Source: an uncultured Planctomycetaceae bacterium (lineage in GTDB: Bacteria > Planctomycetota > Planctomycetia > Planctomycetales > Planctomycetaceae). From it: DNA of 42,630 bases. Shown piece after piece: positions 1 through 9,592 of the stretch. The DNA lies in contig CAXBME010000045.1 in NCBI GenBank assembly GCA_963976765.1, positions 1 through 42,630 on the forward strand, written 5' to 3'. The notes under the pieces were generated by a model. That model was given only the letters and a program-made list of their open reading frames with translations. It searched no databases and was not told the DNA's origin. The translations under genes were made by a program, and so were the position numbers. Position 1 is the first letter of the stretch, and the number at the start of each line of letters is the position of its first letter.

Positions 1-15
1 GTCCGGCGAGGCGGG

Positions 16-44
16 ATACTATCCACGCCAAACAAGAAGGTCAA
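16..44 (-). promoter_or_regulatory. sigma70-type promoter with GC-rich discriminator, firing out of the left edge
   Basis: Minus strand reads TTGACC (44-39), 17 nt, TAGTAT (21-16), then cccgcctcgccggac. This layout is typical of stable-RNA (stringent) promoters. Confidence 0.7.
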
Positions 45-99
45 CTAACTCAGCCAGGATTTTTCAGGAATCCATTTACGACTGACGAAACGTTGACCA

Positions 100-174
<75 letters not shown>

Positions 175-180
175 GACAAA

Positions 181-243
181 GTCGAGAGCCAAGAGTCCAA
201 GGCCCAGAAAAAAAACCTCGACTCTGGACACTTGACTCTCGAC
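181..243. repeat. Imperfect palindrome built from heptamer units in the tRNA spacer
   Basis: gtcgaga-gccaaga-gtccaag-gcccaga-A7-cctcgac-tctggac-acttgac-tctcgac. The right arm is an imperfect reverse complement of the left arm. Confidence 0.8.
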
Positions 244-249
244 AGCAAA

Positions 250-324
<75 letters not shown>

Positions 325-551
325 TCACTATCTCGGAATTCTTGCGATCTGGAGTTGTGATGTCCAGCGTTCGCAGGAAGGTTTCTTGAATCGACAGAAT
401 GAACTCTCACCCTGAGCAAAATCTGAGATGTTACGATGATTTGTCAGCACCGGGCCGGACTCAGCTATCAGACAATGCCAAGCCATTGGTGACACAATCC
501 GACAAACCAAGGTTGCACGCAGATCTCCAGAAAAGTTCAGCTACCTGGAGA

Positions 552-1640
552 CTACTCCGCGTTGATCGAATTTTCCAGGCTGGTGCGACGTTCAACGGAA
601 CTGCGTACCCCATCCTCGCGAAAACTTCCCGTTTTCAAATAACGAGAAACGGCGTCAACAATCGCAGAGTTGAAAGGCAGAAACGAATGCAGCACCGGAA
701 GAGCAAGCGAGTCGTCAGCCCCCTCAAGAAACGCACTTGAGACTGCCACCAGGCCGTCGTCATCCCCCGGAATCAGCGGATTGTAGCCGTCGGCGGTACC
801 CTTCCCGCCAGCAATCACGGAGAAAGGAATCTCCGGCACCGGCAGTTGAGCGATGACGCCAGACTGATCGGCGACCAACTGTTGCCCCGCCGGCCCAAGA
901 ATCAGTCGGTACAGATGCCATTCCTTCAGAAGGTCCGCAACTTCGGCACCTTTGTTCGGGGTCCCCATCATTACCAGACACCTTGCTCGATCGTCGCCAC
1001 CCTGTCCCAGCCACGACCGAACAACCAGCCCTCCCATACTGTGGGTCACGAAGCTGATTTTCTCGACACCTTCGAGCGAATCAACGACCCGTCCAAGCAT
1101 TCTCGCCGAGGTCGCAATATCGACACGGGTGCTCGGATAGTCGAACGGAACGACCAGGTACCCGTCCTTTTCAAGACGCTCCTGCACTCGGCTCATGGCT
1201 TTAGAAGAGCGGAAAATTCCGTGCAGCAGCACGACTGCTTCGCCCTGCATTGGGGGAAGCTTGCGTTCGCCCCGAATGTCGTCGAGTTTTTTCCTGCAAC
1301 TGTCAAAGCTTCCCCACGCGTGACGAACATCGCGAGGATCAAGCAGTCGGTAATGCCCGGTGATGACGTTCTGCTGAATGGTCCAGCCCTGGAAAAAGTG
1401 AACATCCCCCCAAAGTTGCCGACCGCCTAGTGTTTTCATAGGAGCACTGACCTGAGAAAGCTTCTGTTTAAGATCGGACGGCGCGGGCAATTCTTCGGCA
1501 TCGATGACACACCGTCCAGTCACCAGAATTGTCAGCACCAAACCGAAATACCGACCTCGGCGGAGCAGTCTCCAGGACTCCCCCGCCACATTGTTCGCTG
1601 AACTCACGTCCCGATTCTCCGGCAGCGATCCGTCAGCCAT
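552..1640 (-). CDS. Secreted or membrane-anchored alpha/beta hydrolase (lipase/esterase)
   Basis: LLHGI oxyanion motif, THSMGG nucleophile elbow, GTPNKG, DDGLV and LHSFL (Ser-Asp-His triad), plus an N-terminal hydrophobic segment. Start is uncertain (1640 or 1652). Confidence 0.85.
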   Translation of the reverse strand: MADGSLPENRDVSSANNVAGESWRLLRRGRYFGLVLTILVTGRCVIDAEELPAPSDLKQKLSQVSAPMKTLGGRQLWGDVHFFQGWTIQQNVITGHYRLLDPRDVRHAWGSFDSCRKKLDDIRGERKLPPMQGEAVVLLHGIFRSSKAMSRVQERLEKDGYLVVPFDYPSTRVDIATSARMLGRVVDSLEGVEKISFVTHSMGGLVVRSWLGQGGDDRARCLVMMGTPNKGAEVADLLKEWHLYRLILGPAGQQLVADQSGVIAQLPVPEIPFSVIAGGKGTADGYNPLIPGDDDGLVAVSSAFLEGADDSLALPVLHSFLPFNSAIVDAVSRYLKTGSFREDGVRSSVERRTSLENSINAE

Positions 1641-1869
1641 AAAAATTTCCACAACCTCAAGGCCCGACTGTCGCCACAGAAAACCCGAACACTCACTCAG
1701 GCGATTTCAGTCGAAAAATATAACTTACCGGCATCCGTGCTTTGCATCCGTCGCAGGCCAATCTAATCTCCCGGCAATTGACTGCCCACGCCAATCGCAA
1801 ACCTGCACGACGAAACAGACCGACTCACCGCCCCGCCAAAGATCACAGTAGCCGACTTCAGGAACACGC

Positions 1870-2337
<468 letters not shown>

Positions 2338-2352
2338 AAAGCCCGATCAGAC

Positions 2353-2835
2353 TCATTCAGCGTCGCGTTCGATGTGCCCGCTTTTGCCGCCAGACTTTTC
2401 GAGCAGTTCCATCGGCCCGATCGACATCCAGCGATCAACGGCTTTGCACATATCGTAGATCGTCAACGCGGCGATACTGACGGCGGTCATGGCTTCCATT
2501 TCGACGCCGGTCCGACCGTGATTGCTGACTCGAGCCTCGATGCGAACCCGTCGATCGTCGACAAATTCGTAGTCAATCGACGCACTGTCCAGACCGAGCG
2601 AATGGCACAACGGGATCAGATTCTGAGTCTGCTTGGTGGCCATGATTCCAGCCAGACGTGCTACTTCAAGGACGTCACCTTTCGCCAGTTGCCGATCCCG
2701 GATCAGCTTCAACGTCGCAGGCTCCATCGAAACAAACGCCTGCGCACGAGCCATCCGCTCGGTGATTTCTTTCTTCCCGACATTCACCATCCGGCTTGCA
2801 CCGGACGAATCAAAATGTGTCAGTTCACCGGACAT
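2353..2835 (-). CDS. moaC: Cyclic pyranopterin monophosphate synthase MoaC
   Basis: LTHFD..G..RMV, KGDVL, LIPLCH, TGVEMEA, LTIYDMCKAVD, KSGGKSG. Confidence 0.97.
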   Translation of the reverse strand: MSGELTHFDSSGASRMVNVGKKEITERMARAQAFVSMEPATLKLIRDRQLAKGDVLEVARLAGIMATKQTQNLIPLCHSLGLDSASIDYEFVDDRRVRIEARVSNHGRTGVEMEAMTAVSIAALTIYDMCKAVDRWMSIGPMELLEKSGGKSGHIERDAE

Positions 2836-2861
2836 TTCTGATTTGCTTTCGAAAATTGCAA

Positions 2862-4058
2862 TTACACACCGCCTGGACGCCGACAGACGACGACTTTGGT
2901 TCTGCCAGCCTGGCGAGTGTAGATCACCGTGCCGACACCCTTCCCTTTCATCGGGAGTTTTTTTCGGACGGTTTCAGCCTGGATCGGAATATGGCGGCAT
3001 TTAACTTCAGCCTGACCGAAGCTGTATCGACCGAAGGCTCGCCGGATGTCGCGATCGTTGTTCGGCAGATTTTCGAGGACTTCGAACGGTCGAACAAATG
3101 GTGAATCAACCAGCGTGTCGCCTGTGAGATACTCCTCGGTGTCGTCCAGCCTTCGTAGTCCAAGCCGTTCGGCGAGCACATCGACCAGGCCGGACCGAAC
3201 CACTGCCGGATCGAGATCGTAGATCCACGTCCCAAGCTCCCCGACGTTCGTCCAGGCGGACAACGGCTCGGCGGCGAGCGTTTCCCCAGACGGCAGAACG
3301 GTCGCTCGGAAGGGCGCATCGCCAGCCAGTTCACCGAACCAGATCGTTGCTTCGCGGCATTCTCCGTCAAGGCTGATGAGTTCAACTTCGCAGTTCGGAA
3401 ACTTTCCACCAAAGTTGCTGGCAGGACTGAGCTTGATGGCGCCGCCTCGGAATTCATCAATCAGCTGAAGGAGCACCGGCAGACCGGGCTGGCATTCTTC
3501 GATCCTTCTGACTCGCCGCCATTCGACGGGACGGCGATCCGGATCGATGTGCAGCAGTCCGTCCCGCGAAACAACATCGGCAATGTCAGAACAAAGCGGC
3601 GTCACTCGATCAGCAACGCCGTGCGCCGCGGCATTCCAGCCAGTCATCAAGCAGCAGACCGGTGACAGATCCACGCTGGTCACGTCGCAGCCCTGCGTTG
3701 CGAGAGCGACTGAGTCCGCACCGATTCCGCAGCAGAAGTCCTGGACAGCTCCGGAAAACCGTTTCGCTTTATGACCGGCGACGGCTTCAGAAGTCGCCTG
3801 TTCGAGCCCCTTCGCCGAGAACCACATATCAGCAGCTCGGGCAAACCGGGAAGCCGCTTTCTGACGAAGCTCCGCCTGAGTGATCGCTGCTCGAACGACC
3901 TCCGGCGGGAATTCAGCTCGCAACCGTTTCTGAAGGCCGAGTTCTGCACGCTTGTTTTCAGCAAGACGCTCAAAAAGTTCGGGAGTGGCTTTGAGCAGCT
4001 CAAGAACCCGGCAGGCCCCCTCTTCTTCAGCAGCAGAATTGTCAGATTCAGCGGACAC
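2862..4058 (-). CDS. Class I SAM-dependent methyltransferase with THUMP-like C-terminal domain
   Basis: GLEQATSE, DFCCGIGAD SAM motif, IDPDRR, IKLSP and YDLDPAVVRSG. GTG start at 4058 inferred; the ORF is open to 4259. Confidence 0.85.
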   Translation of the reverse strand: MSAESDNSAAEEEGACRVLELLKATPELFERLAENKRAELGLQKRLRAEFPPEVVRAAITQAELRQKAASRFARAADMWFSAKGLEQATSEAVAGHKAKRFSGAVQDFCCGIGADSVALATQGCDVTSVDLSPVCCLMTGWNAAAHGVADRVTPLCSDIADVVSRDGLLHIDPDRRPVEWRRVRRIEECQPGLPVLLQLIDEFRGGAIKLSPASNFGGKFPNCEVELISLDGECREATIWFGELAGDAPFRATVLPSGETLAAEPLSAWTNVGELGTWIYDLDPAVVRSGLVDVLAERLGLRRLDDTEEYLTGDTLVDSPFVRPFEVLENLPNNDRDIRRAFGRYSFGQAEVKCRHIPIQAETVRKKLPMKGKGVGTVIYTRQAGRTKVVVCRRPGGV

Positions 4059-4333
4059 AAAAAGCCTTTCCGAACGGATTGAGCAACGTCTGTCGCGAAG
4101 CAGACCCGAAACCGCCGCCAGCTTCAACTGACTGCCGCAGAAACTGAGATTTCGAGCAAAACGGTAGGGACCTTCGAAAATCCAGGCGTCAAGGTTTCCG
4201 CAACCGGAACGACTGGATGCACTCGTGCCATCGCAACGCGGGTTGATCTCTTCGAGCAACCGATGCAGCCGTTCCAGGCCGATAGACCGGAGTAATCGCT
4301 TTGTTTGATTTAATGCGAAGGAGTTTCTTTACG

Positions 4334-4831
4334 ATGAATAAATCTCGAATTGTCCCGCTGGCCGTACTGAGCGTCGTGGCCGTCGCGACTTTCACCATCG
4401 CCGGCCCGATTGCCAGCCTGTTCAATGAGCAGCCGAAAGAAATCCAGTGGCAGACCGATCTGAACGAGGCACACCAGCAGTCTGTGCTTGAAAACCGACC
4501 GATGCTGATCGTCTTTGACGCCGACTGGTGCAAATACTGCGACAAAATGGACGAGGCGACCTTCAAGGATTCCAGCGTGGCGACGTACGTCAACGATAAG
4601 TTCGTGCCCGTCCATCTGGACCTTGCTGACAACATGAAGATCGCCGAAATCCTCGAAGTCGAGCGGATTCCCTGCACGATCGCACTCAGCCCGCGAGCTG
4701 ACCTGCTCGGCCGAGTCGTCGGGTACGTCAACACCGTGCAGTATCGGGAAACTCTGGCCCAGGTCCGAGCCTTGCAGGCTCGCGTCGAACGTAAACTGGC
4801 CAGCGAGGCCAATCAGGCGTCCGACCATTAA
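4334..4831 (+). CDS. Exported thioredoxin-family protein
   Basis: FDADWCKYC CxxC motif, cis-Pro loop IPCT and a signal-like N-terminus. AAGGAG lies upstream of ATG 4334. Confidence 0.88.
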   Translation: MNKSRIVPLAVLSVVAVATFTIAGPIASLFNEQPKEIQWQTDLNEAHQQSVLENRPMLIVFDADWCKYCDKMDEATFKDSSVATYVNDKFVPVHLDLADNMKIAEILEVERIPCTIALSPRADLLGRVVGYVNTVQYRETLAQVRALQARVERKLASEANQASDH

Positions 4832-4864
4832 GGATTATTTTCCCGCCTCAAGACGGCGTACTGC

Positions 4865-6034
4865 TTACGCAGCTCGATCGGATGCGGATCCCTGGTCACC
4901 TTCGGCCCCCTGGCGAATCGCCGCAGCCAGCAGATTCTGGAATCCTTGCGGCCAGTCCAGATCGACGAGTTGTTCAGCAAACGGGGCCACGAGTGCTACC
5001 AGTTCAAGACTGTCGCAAGGCACGCCACATTCGATGACCGATTCGATCGACTCAGCGGCACGACTCCAGTCGTACTCGTCTGACGCATCTTCTGCGACAG
5101 CGATTCGTTCAATGTGGTGACGAGCTTTGGCTATCCCACGGTCGATCTGCGTCGCCAGATGCTGATCCGGAGTCACCAGTTCCAGCAATTCGAAGGCGCG
5201 ATCGTGAACGTCATCGTTACGACCGGGATCTGCGGGGTCGCTGATTTTCATGAAGCGGCCGATGTAGAAGCGGTCCTGATTCGCCCGGTTTCTCAGCCAG
5301 TAGTAGATCATCTGCTGATCAGAATCCGGATGAGATTCCACGCGACCCACAGCGGTCCGCAGGGCCGATTGAGATTCAGCCATCATGTCGATGGCTGCCA
5401 TAAAGTGCGTACGGTCTTCCAGGTCGGACGTCGCCAGAATTGCCTCGATGCACTCGGCCAGTGTTTCAAAACAGTCAGCCAGCAGAAGGTAATTTTCGGC
5501 ACGCGACCAGATGTCACTTCGCGGCTGATTCATCCAGAGGAAGCAGTTCGGAAGTTCTCGTGCGCGACCGATGATGTCCTGGTCACCTGGCCGCACATCG
5601 AATGAAAAGTCAGCGCCATCGCGCAGGAGTTCGTCGCGTTCAACAGCCCAGCGAGCGCCTTCAGCCTTCAGTCGGCAGCGTTCAGCGATCAGTGCGAGAT
5701 CGTTGTCAGAAACGTCAGAATGCCTCGGGCGACTGGAATCAATTCGCGCAGGCGACTCCTGAGTACGAAACCCGCCCTCAAGCGTCGGCAGAACTTCGGA
5801 GCGAAGCGGTTCCGGTCCAGCTTCCGGCTGAGCGTTCAACCAGTTCGTAACTGTTGTGAGCGCTGCCCTGAGTTCAGGCAATTGAGGTGGGCAATCCGAC
5901 AACTCCGCCACGATAAGGGCGAGCGCGTCTCGAATTGACGCCAGTGGTGTACTGGTTGTGTTTGGGTCAGCATCCTGCTGACCAGTGTAAATATCGCGAG
6001 GACTCATCCATCCACTCCTTATCACGTCATCCAT
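4865..6034 (-). CDS. Hypothetical alpha-helical protein, probably cotranscribed with the histidine kinase
   Basis: 389-aa ORF with protein-like composition, 13 nt downstream of the kinase stop. No recognisable motif. Confidence 0.75.
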   Translation of the reverse strand: MDDVIRSGWMSPRDIYTGQQDADPNTTSTPLASIRDALALIVAELSDCPPQLPELRAALTTVTNWLNAQPEAGPEPLRSEVLPTLEGGFRTQESPARIDSSRPRHSDVSDNDLALIAERCRLKAEGARWAVERDELLRDGADFSFDVRPGDQDIIGRARELPNCFLWMNQPRSDIWSRAENYLLLADCFETLAECIEAILATSDLEDRTHFMAAIDMMAESQSALRTAVGRVESHPDSDQQMIYYWLRNRANQDRFYIGRFMKISDPADPGRNDDVHDRAFELLELVTPDQHLATQIDRGIAKARHHIERIAVAEDASDEYDWSRAAESIESVIECGVPCDSLELVALVAPFAEQLVDLDWPQGFQNLLAAAIRQGAEGDQGSASDRAA

Positions 6035-6047
6035 GACGGGCGATACG

Positions 6048-8000
6048 TTACTCGTTTTTCCGGTTTCGAGGCGAGATGGATGTTGCGGGGGTCACGATCC
6101 TGAGTGCGGATGTGGATTCGGACTGTTTTGAAGTAGCCTCGCCTGCCGGTTTTTCCGTGCTCCGAGCCACTTCCGAAGCCTCAGATCGAGCATCCGGAGC
6201 CGGTAAGTCAGCCGTTCGAAAACGGTTCAAACCGACAAGCCGCGACGTCGCCTCTTCATCAAAAACGTTCGAATCCTTCAAAACAAGTGGAAGTTCGACT
6301 GTAAATTTACTGCCTTTTCCAAACTCACTTTCCAGATAAACCTCGCCATCCAGGAGCCGGCTAAGCTCCTTCACAATAGACAGCCCCAATCCAGTCCCCT
6401 CGTACTTTCTGGTCAGTGCATCTTTCTGGCCTGGGACCCCTCGGCCCTGTCGGAATTTTTCAAAAATCCGTTCCTGTTCGTCGAGCGGAATTCCGATTCC
6501 GTTGTCCTCAATCATCACGACGCATTTTTCACCGATTCTGGATGCCGAAATCCGAACACGACCGCCTTCAGGTGTGAACTTGATCGCATTCGAAATCAGG
6601 TTGGTCAGGATCTGCTGCATCTTTCCGGGATCCTGGAACAACGTCGGGATCCCATCATCAACGACCCAGGATAACGCAATCTGACGCTTCTCGGCGAGCG
6701 GCATCAGCGTGCTGACCTGCCGCTCGACCAGGTCATCCATACGAAATTCAGCCGGGTGAAGTTCCATCTTGCCGCTCTCGATTTTCGCCAGATCGAGCAC
6801 ATCATTGATCAGCGTCATCAGACTGCGACCAGACGTCTGGATATTGCTGGCGTATCGTTGTTCCTTATCGGTGAGATTCTTCGAATCAGCCAGCACCTCG
6901 CTGAAGCCGAGAATGCTGTTGAGCGGTGTGCGCAGCTCGTGGCTCATTGTCGCGAGGAACTCGTTCTTGACGTTGTTCATTTCGTAAAGTTGCAGATTGA
7001 CGCTGGCGAGTTCGTCAACTTTTCCGTCGAGGTCGGCGTTCACTTCCCGCAGTTCTTCCTGAACCGTCACCAGGTGACGAAGCATGCGGTTGAAGGCGTG
7101 ACTGAGTTCTTCAAATTCGTCTCCCGTACGAATGTCTGCCCGCATGTCGAGATTGCCATGGGCGATCGCGTCGCTGACCTTTTTCAAGTGAAGTACAGGC
7201 TTGGTGATCACGTACCTCACGACCAGATAGATCGCGAGAATCGCCAGCACGACCTTCACAATCTCCGCAGTGATGACAAACGCGTTTGTGGCGTGCAGCG
7301 ATGCCTCAACAGCAGCCAGCGGCAAGGTTATCCTCGCCATGCCAATCAAATCGCCTTTTGCGATGGCGACAGTTCCGTCTGCGGTTTGCCGGTTCTTGTG
7401 ATGGTGGCAGGCGATGCACGTTTCAGAAGCCGTCACCGCTCCGTAGTAACGATATTCATTACTTTCACGATCGATATGGACGAACTCTTCGGCACCGTTG
7501 CGCAGCTCCTGAAGGGCTCGATATCCAATGTCGTCGCTCGGTCGATTCGCTGGATCGGCGACTGCCGGATTCGCATCGACCATTTCGAATTTGAATTCGC
7601 GGAGATGTTCCGGCTGCAATTCTGATGACAGTTTCTCAACTCGCTTCAAAACGTCGAACGCGAAATTCAGTTCCTGGTCAGGCACGTCTTCTGGCGTGGG
7701 TTCTTTGTCCTGAACGGAATCAGGAACGAAATCCAACTCACCGCTGTTTCCGGGATTCTCGGCCTCATTAAAATTCGCTTTCAGCTGCGCAAACCATTCC
7801 CAGTGTCGCTGCTGAATCATCGGAGCCATCAACAGTCGCGCGGTTGTTTTATTCTGCTCGCCAATCAACGACGACGTCTGCCACCAGTAAAGGGCAAATG
7901 TCAGAACCGCGAGAACACTCAGGCCAAAACCGAACAGAACGAGGCATTTGACCTCGAAGTTGGTTTCTCCCAGAACGCGCTTGAGTGTTCGGTAAGACAT
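6048..8000 (-). CDS. Membrane sensor histidine kinase (heme-c DUF3365-like sensor, HAMP, HisKA, HATPase)
   Basis: Two TM helices flank a periplasmic CIACH (7404-7418). HAMP (TGDEFEELSHAFNRM), H-box MSHELRTPLN, N-box NLISNAIKFT, G1 DNGIGI, G2 GTGLGL. Confidence 0.95.
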   Translation of the reverse strand: MSYRTLKRVLGETNFEVKCLVLFGFGLSVLAVLTFALYWWQTSSLIGEQNKTTARLLMAPMIQQRHWEWFAQLKANFNEAENPGNSGELDFVPDSVQDKEPTPEDVPDQELNFAFDVLKRVEKLSSELQPEHLREFKFEMVDANPAVADPANRPSDDIGYRALQELRNGAEEFVHIDRESNEYRYYGAVTASETCIACHHHKNRQTADGTVAIAKGDLIGMARITLPLAAVEASLHATNAFVITAEIVKVVLAILAIYLVVRYVITKPVLHLKKVSDAIAHGNLDMRADIRTGDEFEELSHAFNRMLRHLVTVQEELREVNADLDGKVDELASVNLQLYEMNNVKNEFLATMSHELRTPLNSILGFSEVLADSKNLTDKEQRYASNIQTSGRSLMTLINDVLDLAKIESGKMELHPAEFRMDDLVERQVSTLMPLAEKRQIALSWVVDDGIPTLFQDPGKMQQILTNLISNAIKFTPEGGRVRISASRIGEKCVVMIEDNGIGIPLDEQERIFEKFRQGRGVPGQKDALTRKYEGTGLGLSIVKELSRLLDGEVYLESEFGKGSKFTVELPLVLKDSNVFDEEATSRLVGLNRFRTADLPAPDARSEASEVARSTEKPAGEATSKQSESTSALRIVTPATSISPRNRKNE

Positions 8001-8155
8001 CAGAAGCTCCGATCCGCCGCGAAGAAGTGACAGGCCCTTTCATCATAGAGCGAAGCATGATGTTCGACGACCGGAACTGGCACGTCGTGCGGAAAGCAAT
8101 CTCCGAAAGCGGGCATTGCATGACGGTTTAAAAACAGACAATCGTCGGTTGCCCC

Positions 8156-8197
8156 AAAAAAATACAGCCCGGCGCCAGATGACTGGCGTCGGGCTGT
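8156..8197 (-). terminator. Intrinsic terminator
   Basis: Minus strand: acagcccgacgccag-tcat-ctggcgccgggctgt followed by a and T7. Confidence 0.8.
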
Positions 8198-8350
8198 CCG
8201 GTTATGGGCAAGGCAGGGGGCAGAATCTTACGTTGGCTGAGGTGTCCTAAGACGGGCCCCCTCAGCGATTGTACTCTGGCGGTTCTGACACGTTGTCCCT
8301 CCAGCAGTCTGGTTGGATGACTTCCCGCCTGAACTCACAGGCGAGCCGCT
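8164..8350 (-). ncRNA. Probable 6S RNA-like structured ncRNA
   Basis: About 190 nt of non-coding sequence ending at a terminator. Rod-like pairings: aggcggg/cctgcct, cagaa/ttctg and an apical gctgagg/cctcagc stem. It resembles planctomycete 6S RNAs as I recall them; not verified by covariance model. Confidence 0.55.
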
Positions 8351-8726
8351 CAAAACAGAAGCGTTCAGTTGAGTCGACAGAAGAAAAGAGCAAGTGGTTC
8401 TGCAACCGGCGTCGGCAGGTCTCTGTCTCGATTTTCAATGCGATGAATCCTGAACAGCAAGCCGGGAAATCCCGCTGAGCAACATTCGTCGGTAAACAGC
8501 GTCTTCGTTTTGAAATTTGCGAGAAGGAACTTGTCTCGACGCAATCGTCGTTTCATTTGCCGCACCCATCCGGCTCTTTCTGAGCGAGACCAGGTGTGAC
8601 GTCAACCTCTCTGAATCTGCGGTTCCGTCCGCTCCACAACCACATCCGGCGGTTGACAAAAGAGATGAAAATCCGAGGCCGCAGTGTGGCCTCACCAACA
8701 GTTCGGGACACTGATAGTTGCCGCCC

Positions 8727-8762
8727 TCAGTGCCCCACCTCCAAGTCTGGCGGACTTATCAT
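8727..8762 (-). other. Candidate 11-aa small ORF (MISPPDLEVGH) or structured sRNA
   Basis: Perfect AGGAGG (8772-8767) 4 nt before the ATG. The stop lies inside a ggggcactga/tcagtgtccc hairpin, followed by a gaggcc/ggcctc hairpin and a T-rich tail. Confidence 0.3.
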
Positions 8763-9094
8763 AAGACCTCCTGAAACGTGGTGATGGGATTTGAAACTGA
8801 TGTGTTTGTCGACACCGAAGCTTACGATACAAGCGAGATCCCGGTCGTCAATCTTTTCTTCTCAAAGTTATTTCCGTGTCCGTCGGATGGTTCAATCTCA
8901 TGTTGTGACGCTGGCGGAGACTCTGACGGGGTATTCGATACCGAACTGTTTCTCGAACCCGGAAACTTTACCCGAACCGACCCGCTGGCTGAGTTCTCCT
9001 GTTGCGTATCGGTTCTTGATTATCAGTCGACCAGCCGTCCGTTGCGTTGTCATTCTGTAGACTGTTCTCTACATCGCCTCACTGGATCGGTTTA

Positions 9095-9517
9095 ATGTTT
9101 GAAACCTTTGACCATACCGCCGATCTTGGACTGCGCGTTGCGGGAAATTCATTGAACGAACTCTTCGCTGAGGCCGCTGCCGGACTGACCTCGTTGATCG
9201 TGGCCGACGTTGGCAGTGTGGCCGTCTCGCGAGAGCGAACCGTGAATCTCAGCTCGCCGGATCTCGAGTATCTCTACTTTGACTGGCTGAGCGAACTGCT
9301 GTTTCTCTTCGAGTCCGAAGGCTGGCTCACAGCGAGTGCTGATGTCGAGATTACCGGCAATTCAATTGGCGGCGTCGTACGGGGCGAGGAGTTTTGCGAA
9401 GAACGACATCGCCGGTCGCACGAAGTCAAAGCGATCACCTATCACGCACTGAGCCTCGACTCGCACTTGCAGAACGGCAGAGAAATCTGGACAGCCGAAG
9501 TCATCGTCGACATCTGA
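9095..9517 (+). CDS. Archease
   Basis: FETFDHTADLGL at the N-terminus, WLSELLF, EVKAITYH and terminal IVDI are archease signatures. Confidence 0.95.
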   Translation: MFETFDHTADLGLRVAGNSLNELFAEAAAGLTSLIVADVGSVAVSRERTVNLSSPDLEYLYFDWLSELLFLFESEGWLTASADVEITGNSIGGVVRGEEFCEERHRRSHEVKAITYHALSLDSHLQNGREIWTAEVIVDI

Positions 9518-9559
9518 CACCGTCAGATGCGATGCCGCGTCCCGATGTGACACGGCATC
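9511..9559. terminator. Tandem hairpins between convergent genes
   Basis: catctgac-acc-gtcagatg (9511-9529) and gatgccgcgtc/gacacggcatc (9531-9559). No clear U tract. Confidence 0.45.
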
Positions 9560-9592
9560 CTGATGTAACGCCGTGTCGGCTTGCCACATTCG

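Noticed and set aside
8269..9095. Several 60-105 aa ORFs in the large intergenic region
   Set aside because: Overlapping frames with atypical composition and no motifs. RNA structure explains the region better.
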